DNA of 44,778 bases, taken from the NCBI GenBank assembly GCA_002104905.1, contig MCFE01000689.1:1-44778 (forward strand), given 5' to 3'. Below are positions 33,790 through 44,778 of this stretch, piece after piece. The stretch's first letter is position 1. Each line of letters begins with the position of its first letter. Source of the stretch: Basidiobolus meristosporus CBS 931.73. Lineage: Eukaryota; Fungi; Basidiobolomycota. The notes under the pieces are model-generated. The model was not told the DNA's origin. It saw only the letters and a program-made list of their open reading frames with translations, and searched no databases. The position numbers and the translations under genes were made by a program.

Positions 33790-36590
33790 GTTTGCCCCAT
33801 GGACAATACTACTTTGATTCAATGCCAGAAGAGAATAGAAGAAGACCATGTGGCTATTGCAGCATGCTTCTCAGCTATGAAGCACACAGAATGCATTGGA
33901 AGTATTACAAGGGTCACAGCCAGTAATTTGCAGCACAAGTCATAATTGACAATTCATCAGTCACTACTGTACCAACATTATCTTGCTGGCCAGTTGATAC
34001 TTCTGTATTGGAACATGGCTGTCTTTGTGACCTTGTGCAAACTGAGTCAGATGAGTTTGTGACAACTTTAGGCTTACCTCAGCCCTCTTATTATGGCATG
34101 CAGAGTGATGGCTCTGAGAAAGTAGACACACTGATAGATTGTGAACCTATCTCCCCTAACAACAGTACCACACACAAGCCCAGTCAAATCCCAACATGCA
34201 ATGATACAACACCCACTGAAACAAATGCCAGGATACTTTATGGAGCTAAGTGAGCCCAGTAATCCATCTACCAGTGAATAATGTAATGTTGTGGCTACTG
34301 AAGTGGCATATTTCCACTAATATCAGTAATGGGGGCTTTGACAATTTACTAATACACCTTGCCAAAGTCATTTTGGGATGCAACTAACCATGTGCATGGT
34401 ACAAGTTGACAACTGTCATGCAGCTGGTAACATATGACCCAGAGACTGTCCTGATACCAGCATGTGTTAACAGTTGCATGGCATTCACATTCAAAAAAAC
34501 CACCATTGCAACATGTCCAAGTTGCCTGGAATCCACCACCATTGAGGGAAAGCATTATTCACACTCCAGATATATTTCAGTATTACCCTGTCTAAAGAAG
34601 CTGATGCAGTCCAACAAATATTGCAAAGCTATACAGTACCACACTCATTATCAATCAAGCGCAAACATATCCAATGTATTTGATTGCAAACATTACAAAG
34701 AGCTAAGAAGCAAGGGCTACTTTGAAGGTATGTTTAACCATGCCTTTGCCTTAGCACTTGATGGGTTCTCATTAAACAAGTACTCTACCAGCAAGTCCTG
34801 CTGGTTACTGATTCTCATCAATCTGAATCTGCCACCTGTTTTACAGTATCAGAGCAATAATCTGATGGTAGTCTCACTAGTATATGGGCCTAAGTCATTG
34901 TCCAGCCTGGATAGCTACCTGAATCCATTACTGGATGAATTTTGTATGCTTAACAATGGGACAACAGTTAATGGCCATCATGTAAAAGTACATATTATTA
35001 TATGCCTTGGAGATACCCTAGTCATCAGCAAGATAGCAGGCTTTTCTGGGCACAATGAACAGTATAGCTGTCAAATGTTTGAGATCCAGGGGATTTACTC
35101 CATAACTCACACACATTATTATTACCCAAACACCAACACTTAGAACATCATCTTCCCACAGAGAGAATGTACAGTAGTCAACATGCAATTGCAGCAAAGT
35201 TGGCCAGCTATAAGCCATCAGCCAGATTATGGAATCAACCAGAAACTGGAGATGCTTAAGATAGTGGGAATTTGCTGGAACAAGAGCTTTCCACAGGGAG
35301 CAATCCATTTGTGTTTCAGCTGTATACCTATATTGAAGCCCAAGTTGTACATGGGGGAATTTCAAGCTAAATGAGTCCTTTGAGATACTGGAAAAATCTC
35401 AAAGATTTGACAAGATATTTCAGAGCATCCACTACCCTAAGTACTTGCCACAGGCTCCAATCAATATTCATATGCATATGCAGCAATACAAATGTAAAGA
35501 CTGGATGAACTGGATATGTATTTATTCAAGTGGTGCTCTGAAGCCATTCCTACCAAGAGTACATTGGAAGCATTGGGAGTCATATGTGGACATTGTAGGA
35601 ATATCTTTCCAGATACAGATCACTAATGCCCACTTGACTCATATATAGCTGTTGTGCAGGGGGTTTGTATTGAGATTTGAGCAGCTGTACCACAAACATA
35701 AAGCTGAGCATGTAGATCTCTGCCACTACTGTATGCACTCTCTACTCCATCTTGCTTGGTGTGTGGAGAATATTGGGCCTTGCTTCACCTTTTTGGAGTT
35801 TCTTATAGAGCAGATGTGTGGGGAGATAGGAAGACAAGTCAAGTAGCAGGTACTACCATATCCAATCTCATCAAGAATATTACCTACAAGTTTGTCATGG
35901 ATGTGGTAGGTTGGCACATGGAGGACAGCCGGGACAAGTTGGAAAATACTGTGGACAAATGTGCACATAGAGACACCTATACCTATGGCATTAAGAAGCT
36001 AAGCAGCCTCCATGCATGGGTAATCAGTCCAGTAATTCAAAGTTGAGGTGGATGCAACATGTAACTAGTTTTTATTAGGAAAACTCTACCAAGGTATGCC
36101 AAATTTCAAATGGTCACAAGCCAACTTCTTTACCATTTAATACAGAATTCACACAAACAAGAGCCAGAGCACACCTATAAGGGGGACTAGAATCCAGCAG
36201 AGAGAAGGAATATATTGACTAAATACCAAGAAGCTCTTTGTAGATTTTCAGGAGGTACTCATAGCAGAAGTGGCAACAACCAAGCATATGTTTGTAGGAT
36301 GTATATACTACCAGCAGTACAAGGTATATGGCAACTTTGCAAGTATCACACTAAAAATCCCCAAAGTTGAGGTGATAGAAGTATGTCCATTGTGGCAGGT
36401 GTGTGTGTTTGTAGAGGTTAGTAAGCAGGAGGCCATAGTTATTTTTGATTTGAACTCTATGTTGAATGCCCAAGGTAGTAGTGGGTAAGCAGATAAAGAG
36501 GGGTGATACTACAGTGGAATATATGAATTGCACAAGGGGAGGCAGAACTAGGAAATACCATTTGGTAAAATGGTATAGTTGCATTATACA
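33790..36590 (+). pseudogene. Tnp2/CACTA-type (EnSpm TnpD-like) transposase
   Basis: ORF 34406-35143 has ACVNSCMAF, VFDC..Y, LALDGF, W...INLNLPP...SNNL, GPKS...DSYLNPLLDE and GDTL...AGFSGH, the Transposase_21-type core. The C-terminal motifs follow in broken frames. Confidence 0.88.
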
Positions 36591-37099
36591 GAACTAGCTG
36601 TAGGCCATTGTGGTGGTGTATTAGTCCATGGCAGGGATGCATCCAACACTTCTCAAGTGTTTTGTGTGTGGGGTGTTCACTGGGTGCAATAATCTCTGGC
36701 AAAAGTTTGCTAGGAATACTTGGTTTTTTGTCTCTAATCAAATGTGAAGGGGAATAAAGCCACAAGCTTGTCAAGGGAAAACTATTGAGCTACAGTCCCC
36801 AACTTAGTAGGCATCTTAGCCAAAGTATGGCCTGGGTTCAGCATTCTGTGAGATGGCAGTGTACTAAAGCTTCCAAACTCAAAACAACTGTAAACTCCAC
36901 CAGCAGGGACTTGATAAAAATGCAGCTGTGGTCAATAGTTGCAAACACAGAGAAGGAACTTTGTCTGTAGAAAAACAAACTTGGGAAAGAATCAAATATA
37001 ATAAAAGATATCTACTCTGAGTATTACTCACAAGTAGTACCTCCAAGGTTAGTTGGCTGTCAGCATGGTTTCCTGGGAGTATCCTGTGGCCTGGGATTG

Positions 37100-37306
37100 A
37101 AAGTTCAGGTAGCAGCAGGTAGCAGTGATCACACTAATCAATAGGTTTGTATATTGATAGAAGGAATGATGATTTATTGCTGAGGGATTGCCTCCCATAT
37201 ATACTTTTCTCACTGGCAAAGTGATTACTAATCATGGTGCTCCAGAAAGTGATGGTGGTCAAATAGAAATCTTGATGACATCAGAATGAGCTAAGAACAT
37301 TCTAAG
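37100..37306 (-). repeat. Diverged fragment related to LTR family D, cut by the B3 insertion
   Basis: Shares GCAGTGATC, GATTTATTG.TGAGGGATTG, ATACTTTTC, AAGTGATTACTAAT and TCTTGATGACATCA...TGAGCTAA with 2265-2440. Confidence 0.6.
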
Positions 37307-40300
37307 TGTTGTAAAAATATGTATTTACACCTAGATACTCACCTAACTTAGTCATATATATCAATACCTTCAAATCCTAGGGAATACTGACCAAATTCCT
37401 GTTGGGATTTACTTTGAATATTTTCACCAAAATACCAGGTACTCCAAACATGAAAATTCTCAATCTTGTCCAAACAGCCCCAAACTTTGCACACAAGTTC
37501 TTGGGACCTTCCCTAACCTATTTTACAAGTTTTTTAGGCCAAGACCATGTATAAGTATAAATACTACTTTTACATTCAATAAATCATTAAGTGAAAACCC
37601 ATAATCTACTTGTCCTCCCATTCACTTCCAATATCTCCAAGACTCTTACAACAGGTTATGAGTCCCAAGCTGTCACTCTCTGTGATGTCTAATACTGCTA
37701 ACACTGGAATTTTCCCCTCTGCTGAAAAGTTGGATGGATCTAACTACCAAGTGTAGAAGGTGAAGATGAAGATGCTCCTACACAAAAAGGCCATTGAGAT
37801 ATTGTCATAGGAGAAGAATGCCCTCCTAAGAAAGTGGGAGAGGAAGCCTTCAAGTACTGGAAGAAAGAACAAAGTGCCTTTAACTGCATTTGCCTTAATG
37901 TCAAAAACAAATTGCTAATTCAATGCTCAAGAGTAAAAGCAGCAGAGAATGCCTGGAAGGCATTAGAAGAGACCTACCAGTCATATTCAGCTGCTAAGAA
38001 AAGGCATCTTAGGCAAATATTCATCACTACAAAGATGCAGCTAGGAGAAGAAATGGAAAAATCTAATCAACAGAATTACCCTGCTGGTAGATGAGATGAA
38101 ATCTGTGGGCATACCAACTACTGAAGAGGATGTGCTAGTAACCATCCTGAATAGCCTGACAGGCAAGTTTCAGGGCCTGGTATCAGCCCTAGAGTCCAGA
38201 ACTGAAGATTTGATCTTTAATTACATATATGGAAGGCTCCTGGATGAAGAATTAAGAAAATCAGGCACCATTAAGGAAGAAGAAAACATTTTAATAAGCA
38301 GTGATGACCAACAAAGGAGATGCCCAAGGCCTTTCAAAGGCAATAACAACCTGCTTTGTACCTACTGCAAAAGGAAAGGACACACATCAGACCAGTGCTT
38401 CAAAAAAAGAGACAGTTAGCAGAAAAGCCTGAATATGAAAATGCTGAAACAACTGAAGATGCACTATTCATATCTGCATTAAATATTACCACAAAAAAGG
38501 ATTTGCAGATGTGGTATGTTGACTCTGGAGCATTGCAACACTTGACACACCAAAAAGAACTTTTTATCCAATATCAAGAAATTCCAATTAAAAAGGTTTT
38601 CACGGGTGACAATAGAACACTTGATGCAGTGGGAGAAGGAACTATCCAAGAAAACCTTAGAAGCAGTGAAGGAAGCCATAGACTGACCCTTGAAAAAGCA
38701 CTCTATGTACCAGAAATAGCCAAAAACCTACTCCCTGTAAGCAAGGCCACAGCAGAAGGACTCAGTTTCAGCTTTGACAATTCTGGATGCAAGATCACTG
38801 ATCAAAATGGTACCCATATTGCTTTGGGTATCAGAGATCAGAATCTATACAAGTTGACTTTTATTCCATTGTATTTGGAAGCCAATAGAAGTAACTTAAA
38901 TGAAGAAACACCAATGCTTACAGATCAATAATTGATATGACAAGATCCATGATCCATGATCAAAAATTATCCTATGATTTTTGGGTGGAATTAGTTGCCA
39001 CTGCTGTATATCTTAAAAATAGGAGTTATAGCAGAATACTTTGTGATTCTACTTCATTTGAAGCATGGTATGGATACAGACCAAGTGCAGAACATCTAAG
39101 AATATTTGGGTGTACAGCATATGCCAAGAGACTGCCGGAAATCAGTCAAAATTTGAGCCAAAAAGTGTAAAGGCATATTTTTGGGCTACTGCAATGAGAG
39201 TAAGGCATACAGACTCTACAATACCAAAGCAAAGAAGCCAATCAAGTCCAGGGATGTGTAGTTTGATTAAAATTCAAAATTTCACAAAATATGACATCAG
39301 ATGATGACAAAAAATGGATCTCAAGTCCACCAACTGTCAGGATTGAATCAGAGCAAAACAATGAAATTTTTTGCAACAGAGGACTCTACAACCATGGTTC
39401 AGCCCAAAACAGTGCCTGGCAATATCCAGAAGTGATCACTTCTATATCAAATGCCTGGAGATCCAATTGGACAAGAAATGGCACAAATTACCATATCAAT
39501 GAGGAAACAAACTTAGCCTATGCCTATTCAGTCCATATTGATGAGCCCCAGACTGTAAATGAGGCCATAAATAGCCCTGAGACAAAATTTTGGAGATTGA
39601 CAATGACTGAGGAATATCAGGCCCTGATGAAAAATCAAACTTGGGACTTAGTCAAATTACCAATCAACCAAAACTCAATTGGATGCATATGGGTGTTCAA
39701 GACAAAATACAAGGCTGATGGTACAGTTGAAAGATACAAAGCAAGACTTGTGGCCAAATGATACTCTAAAACAAGAGGACTTGACTATACTGAGACCTTT
39801 GCACTGGTAGCCAAGTTTGATTCCATCAGATTAATATTGGCTATTACAGCCAAACATAATTTTTTTATTCATCAAATGGATGTAAAAACTGCATTTTTGA
39901 ACAAAGAACTTGATGAGGACATGTATATGGACCAGCCTGATGGGTTTGTTGACCAAGATAACCCCCATTTGGTCTGCAAGCTTCAAAAGTCAGTGTATGG
40001 TCTCAAACTATCACCAAGAGCCTGGAATTGCAAGATAGATTCTTATTTGGAATCTTTGACTTTCAAAAGGAGTAATGCTGACTATAGTATATACTATAAG
40101 CCAGATAGAGCAAATCCAGCTCTATTAGCTCTATATTTGAATGATCTTATTTTAGCCAATAATAACCTAGAAACATTGGAGAAGACTAAATCCAGCCTAT
40201 CTAAGGAGTTCAAGATGTCCAAACTAGGAGAACTCAGTTACTACTTAGGGATTAAGTTCTCCCTAGACAGAAGTACCCAGAATATTACCTTAAGCCAATC

Positions 40301-40884
40301 CAAGTATATTCAAGATACACTAAAGATGTACCAAATGGAAGACTGAAAATCAGCAGCTACCCCAATGGAGACAAACCTTAACTTGGTCAAAACACAACCA
40401 AATCAAGAGAGCTTGGTGCCACCTGAAAGCCCTGACTTTCCTTATCAATCTATGGTTGGCAGTCTGATGTATATCATGCTTGGAACACATCCAGATATCT
40501 TATATTCAGTGGGAGTTGTCAGCCAACATAATCAGCACTATGGATCTGATCATATTGCAGCAGTTAAGTGGATTTTTAGATACCTAAAAGGAACTGCTGA
40601 TATCTGCTTAAGATACACTTATAAGGATTCAAAACAGGATCTTGTGGGATACTCCAATGCTGGTTGGGGACAAAACTCGGAAGACAGAAGATCCACCACA
40701 GGATACACCTTTCTTTACTGTAAAGGAGCAATTTCATGGAATTCAAGAAAGTAACCAACCAAAGCACTTTCCACCACAGAGGCAGAGTATATGGCAGCCT
40801 GTGAAGCTACAAAAGAAGCAATGTGGTTAAGAAAGCTGTTTACAGATTTAGGCCTATGTCAAAACACACCTATTACCGTATTTC
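37307..40884 (+). mobile_element. Copia family B copy B3: 5' LTR 37307-37653, PBS, decayed gag-pol with integrase deletion, cut in RNase H by B4
   Basis: PBS GGTTATGAGTCC at 37654. Collinear with B4 except for an about 505-bp deletion at 38919/38920. Many stops. Confidence 0.92.
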
Positions 40885-41244
40885 TGTTGTAAGAGTCTTG
40901 GAGATATTGGAAGTGATTGGGAGAACAAGTAGATTATGTGGTTTTCACTTAATGATTTATTGAATGTAAAAGTAGTGTTTATACTTTTACCTGGTCTTGG
41001 CATTACAAACACGTAGAATAGGCTAAGGAAGGTCCCAAGAACATGTGTGCAAAGTTTGGGGCTGTTTGGACAACTTTGAGAATTTTCATGTTCTGGGTAC
41101 CTGGTATTTTGGTGAAAATATTCTAAGTAAATCCCAACAATGAATTTGGTCAGTGTTTTCTAGGATTTGAAGGTAATGATCTAAGTGACTAAGTTAGGTG
41201 AATATTTAGGTGGAAATACAAATTTTTACAACACTCCCACTCAG

Positions 41245-43107
41245 CTAAATGTTCATACTGACTAGTCCTAATTTTGACCTAAGATATTCAAACTTGTCTC
41301 TAGCTAATGGTTTGGTAAATATGTCTGCAATCATTTCATCTGTAGGACAGTAAACTAAGCTAACTAAGTTACTCTCTATAGCTTCACGTATGAAATGATG
41401 TCTAATATCTATGTGCTTGGTTCTAGCATGAAAAGTTGGATTTCTACCTAATTGTATACATCCTTGATTATCTTGAAATAAAGTAATAGGCGTTTTTTGA
41501 CATAGGCCTAAATCTATAAACAGCTTTCTTAACCACATTGCTTCTTTTGTAGCTTCACAGGCTGCCATATACTCTGCCTCTGTGGTGGAAAGTGCTACGG
41601 TTGGTTCCTTTCTTGAATTCCATGAAATTGCTCCTTTACAGTAAAGAAAGGTGTATCCTGTAGTGGATCTTCTGTCTTCCAAATTTCGTCCCCAATCTGC
41701 ATCAGAGTATCCCACAAGATCTTGTTCTGAGTCCTTATAAGTGTATCTTAAGCAAATATCAGCAGTTCCTTTTAGGTATCTAAAAATCCGCTTAACTGCT
41801 GCAATATGATCAGATCCATAGTTCTGATTATGTTGGCTGACAACTCCCACTGAATATGAGATATCTGGACGTGTTCCAAGCATGATATACATCAGACTGC
41901 CAACCATAGATTGATAAGGAAAGTCAGGGCTTTCAGATGGCACCAAGCTCTCTTGATTTGGTTGAGTTTTGACCAAGTCAAGGTTTGTCTCCATTGGGGT
42001 AGCTGCCAGTTTACAGTCTTCCATTTTGTACTTCTTTAGTATATCTTGAATATACTTGGATTGGCTTAGGGTAATAGTCTGGGTACTTCTGTCTATGGAG
42101 AACTTAATCCCTAAGTAGTAACTGAGTTCTCCTAGATTGGACATCTTGAACCCCTTAGATAGGCTGGATTTAGTCTCTTCCAATGTTTCTAGGTTATTGG
42201 CGGCTATAATAAGATCATCCACATATAGAGCTAATAGAGCTGGATTTGCTCTATCTGGCTTATAGTATATACTATAGTCAGCATTACTCCTTTTGAAACT
42301 CAAAGATTCCAAATAAGAATCTATCTTACAATTCCAGGCTCTTGGTGATTGTTTGAGACCATATAGTGACTTTTTAAGCTTGCAGACCAAATGGGGGTTA
42401 TCTTGGTCAACAAACCCATCAGGCTGGTCCATATACACGTCCTCATCAAGTTCTCCATTCAAAAATGCAGTTTTTACATCCATTTGATGAATAAAAAACT
42501 TATATTTGGCTGCAATAGCCAATATTAATCTGATGGAATTAAACTTGGCTACCAATGCAAAGGTCTCAGTATAGTCAAGTCCTTTTGTTTGAGAGTATCC
42601 TTTGGCTACAAGTCTTGCTTTGTATCTTTCAATTGTACCATCAGCCTTGTATTTTGTCTTGAAGACCCATCTGCATCCAATTGATTTTTGGTTGATTGGT
42701 AATTTGACTAAGTCCCAAGTTTGATTTTCCATTAGGGCCTGATATTCCTCAGTCATTGCAGATCTCCAAAACTTCATCTGAGGGCTATTTAGGGCCTCTT
42801 TTACAGTCTGGGGTTCATCAATATGGACTGAATAGGCATAGGCTAAGTTTGTACCCTCATTAATATAGTAATTTGGGCTATTTCTTGTCCGATTTGATCT
42901 CCGGGCATTTGATACTAGAATGATCACTTCTGGAATATTCCTGGGCACTGATTCTGGCTGAACCACGGCTGTAGAGTCCTCTGGAGTGAAAAAATTTTCA
43001 TTGTTTTGCTCTGATTCAATCCTGACAATTGGTGGACTTGAGATCAAATTTTCGTCATCATCTGATGTCATTTTTTGTGAAAATTTTGAATTTTCATCAA
43101 AGAACAC
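41245..43107 (-). CDS. pol: Copia pol 3' part: integrase tail, RT and RNase H (620-aa open frame)
   Basis: YKARLVAKGYSQ, HQMDVKTAFLNG, LYGLKQSPRAW, LYVDD, GYSDADWG, LSTTEAEY, KHIDIRHHF and ADIFTK. Confidence 0.93.
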   Translation of the reverse strand: MFFDENSKFSQKMTSDDDENLISSPPIVRIESEQNNENFFTPEDSTAVVQPESVPRNIPEVIILVSNARRSNRTRNSPNYYINEGTNLAYAYSVHIDEPQTVKEALNSPQMKFWRSAMTEEYQALMENQTWDLVKLPINQKSIGCRWVFKTKYKADGTIERYKARLVAKGYSQTKGLDYTETFALVAKFNSIRLILAIAAKYKFFIHQMDVKTAFLNGELDEDVYMDQPDGFVDQDNPHLVCKLKKSLYGLKQSPRAWNCKIDSYLESLSFKRSNADYSIYYKPDRANPALLALYVDDLIIAANNLETLEETKSSLSKGFKMSNLGELSYYLGIKFSIDRSTQTITLSQSKYIQDILKKYKMEDCKLAATPMETNLDLVKTQPNQESLVPSESPDFPYQSMVGSLMYIMLGTRPDISYSVGVVSQHNQNYGSDHIAAVKRIFRYLKGTADICLRYTYKDSEQDLVGYSDADWGRNLEDRRSTTGYTFLYCKGAISWNSRKEPTVALSTTEAEYMAACEATKEAMWLRKLFIDLGLCQKTPITLFQDNQGCIQLGRNPTFHARTKHIDIRHHFIREAIESNLVSLVYCPTDEMIADIFTKPLARDKFEYLRSKLGLVSMNI

Positions 43108-43265
43108 ATCCCTGGACTTGATAAGCTTCTTTGCTTTGGTATTGTAGAGTCTGTATGCCTTACTCTCATTGCAGTAGCCCGAAAATATGCATTTTACACT
43201 TTTTGGCTTAAATTTAGACTGATTTCCGGCCAGTTTTTTGGCATATGCTGTACACCCAAATATTC

Positions 43266-44663
43266 TTAGATGTTCTGCACTTGGTCTGTATCCATACCAT
43301 GCTTCAAATGGAGTAGAATCATGAAGTATTCTGTTATAACTCCTATTTTAAGGTATACAGCAGTGGCAACTGATTCTGCCCAAAAATCATAGGATAATTT
43401 TTGATCATGGATCATAGATCTTGCCATATCAATTATTGATCTGTTAGCTTGTTCTGCTACTCCATTTTGCTGTGGGGAGTATGGTACAGTAGTCTCTTGC
43501 TTTATCCCATGAATTTTGCAGAAGTGGATGAAGAGTTTGGAGGTATATTCTCCACCATTGTCAGAGCGCATTTTCTTGATTTTTTCACCAGTTTCTCTCT
43601 CCACCATGGCTTTAAACTCCCTGAACTTAGACAGAGCTTCTTCCTTTCTCTCCATGAAGTAGACCCATGTGTATCTTGTATAATCATCAATAAAAGTGAT
43701 TAAATACTTCATCCCGCCTAAGGATAAATTTTGCATAGGTCCACACAGATCTGAGTGAATTAGATCTAATTTTTTCTTAGTTTTGATTAACCCAGAGCTC
43801 TTGAACGGTTGTCTGTCTTGTTTCCCATATATGCAGGCTTCACAGTACTCCAAATTAGCTGGGGGATCAATTTTCACTCCAGAAATTAGCTGATCTTTGA
43901 TCATTTTATGCAAATAATCAAAATTGATGTGTCCAAATCTCCTGTGCCAAAGCATTGGTGTTTCTTCATTTAAGTTACTTATATTGGCTTCCAGATATGA
44001 TGGAATATAAGTCAACTTGTATAGATTCTGATCTCTGATGCCCAACGCAATATGAGCACCATTTTGATCAGTGATCCTGCATCCAGAATTGTCAAAACTG
44101 AAACTGAGTCCTTCTGCTGTGGCCTTGCTTACAGAGAGTAGGTTCTTGGCTATTTCTGGTACATAGAGTACTTCTTTAAAGGTCAGTGTATGGCTTCCTT
44201 CACTGCTTCTAAGGTTTACTTGGATAGTTCCTTCTCCCACTGCATCAAGTGTTCTATTGTCACCCATGAAAACCTTCTTAATTGGAATTTCTTGATATTG
44301 GGTAAAAAGTTCTTTTTGGTGTGTAAAGTGTTGAGAAGCTCCAGAGTCAATATACCACATCTGAGAATCCTTGTTTGTGGTCATATTTAGTGCAGATATG
44401 AATAGTCTATCTTCAGTTGTTGCAGCATTTCCATATTCAGGCTTCTTTTGCTGATAATCTCTCTTTTTGAAACACCGGTCTGATGTGTGTCCTTTCCTTT
44501 TGCAGTAGTTGCAAAATAGGTGGCTGTTGCCTTTTGTAGGTCTTGGGTACCTCCTTTGTTGGTTATCATTGCTTATTAAAGCATTTTCTTCTTCCTTCTT
44601 ATTGGTGCTTGATTTTCTTAATTCTTCATCCAGGAGCCTTCCATATACGTAATTTAAGGTCAA
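43266..44663 (-). CDS. Copia gag C-terminus, protease and integrase; frameshifted from the RT frame by a 1-bp deletion near 43347
   Basis: CCHC knuckle CNYCKRKGHTSDRC, WYIDSGAS, WHRRFGH, HSDLCGP, RSDNGGEY and PQQNGVAE. B3 reads CTTAAAAATAGG (YLKNR) where B4 reads CTTAAAATAGG. Confidence 0.88.
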   Translation of the reverse strand: MTLNYVYGRLLDEELRKSSTNKKEEENALISNDNQQRRYPRPTKGNSHLFCNYCKRKGHTSDRCFKKRDYQQKKPEYGNAATTEDRLFISALNMTTNKDSQMWYIDSGASQHFTHQKELFTQYQEIPIKKVFMGDNRTLDAVGEGTIQVNLRSSEGSHTLTFKEVLYVPEIAKNLLSVSKATAEGLSFSFDNSGCRITDQNGAHIALGIRDQNLYKLTYIPSYLEANISNLNEETPMLWHRRFGHINFDYLHKMIKDQLISGVKIDPPANLEYCEACIYGKQDRQPFKSSGLIKTKKKLDLIHSDLCGPMQNLSLGGMKYLITFIDDYTRYTWVYFMERKEEALSKFREFKAMVERETGEKIKKMRSDNGGEYTSKLFIHFCKIHGIKQETTVPYSPQQNGVAEQANRSIIDMARSMIHDQKLSYDFWAESVATAVYLKIGVITEYFMILLHLKHGMDTDQVQNI

Positions 44664-44778
44664 ATCTTCAGTTCTGGACTCTAGGGCTGATACAAGGCCC
44701 TGAAACTCGTCTGTCAGGCTATTCAGATGGTAACTATCACATCCTCATCAGTAGTTGGTACACCACAGATTCCATCTC

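Larger units (their letters stand above)
31117..36650 (+). mobile_element. CACTA/CMC-like transposon copy X3, most complete interior, termini not seen
   Basis: Minus-strand ORF2 remnant at about 31140-33600 and plus-strand transposase remnant at about 33790-36590. The left end is cut by the A3 LTR; the right end diverges after about 36650. Confidence 0.8.
40885..44778 (-). mobile_element. Copia family B copy B4, well preserved, running off the window end
   Basis: 3' LTR at 40885-41233, PPT GAGTGGGAG next to it on the minus strand, and long pol ORFs. Confidence 0.95.

Noticed and set aside
36650-37100. Right terminus of X3 or a host gene (ORF 36785-36970)
   Set aside because: No TTCATAGGG terminus is found and the short ORF has no recognisable features, so the segment is left unassigned.
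1-44778. tRNA, rRNA, CRISPR or host protein-coding genes; a species assignment
   Set aside because: None is recognisable. The tRNA-like matches are only primer-binding sites, and the evidence for the host taxon is too indirect to name one.

Overview
Eukaryotic, strongly CpG-depleted DNA made up almost entirely of nested transposable elements. I see no host gene, rRNA, tRNA or CRISPR array. A fungal host is plausible but not established. Contents: (1) one young full-length Ty3/Gypsy element (15513-20394; 368-bp LTRs with 3 differences, 4-bp TSD, open 1020-aa pol frame, broken gag/protease) plus two more copies of its LTR. (2) Three Ty1/Copia-type LTR families, called A, B and C here, all with the Ty5/copia-type half-tRNA(iMet) primer site GGTTATGAGCCC or a variant. 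Families A and B are each inserted antisense into a copy of themselves. (3) An 804-bp LTR family (D) seen only as LTRs. (4) At least four decayed copies of a CACTA/EnSpm(CMC)-like DNA transposon. Its termini (CCCTATGAAGAAT) and divergent two-gene layout (Tnp2-type transposase plus an unknown ORF2) can be reconstructed from the copies. (5) A MITE family with AGACTTG termini and an ATT target duplication, present as a 211-bp copy and as a 734-bp foldback with 347-bp arms. The most notable signals are the CACTA-like family and its ORF2, the foldback MITE, and CpG-specific damage to conserved RT/RNase H residues in a Gypsy whose LTRs are about 99% identical. All alignments and counts were done by eye.
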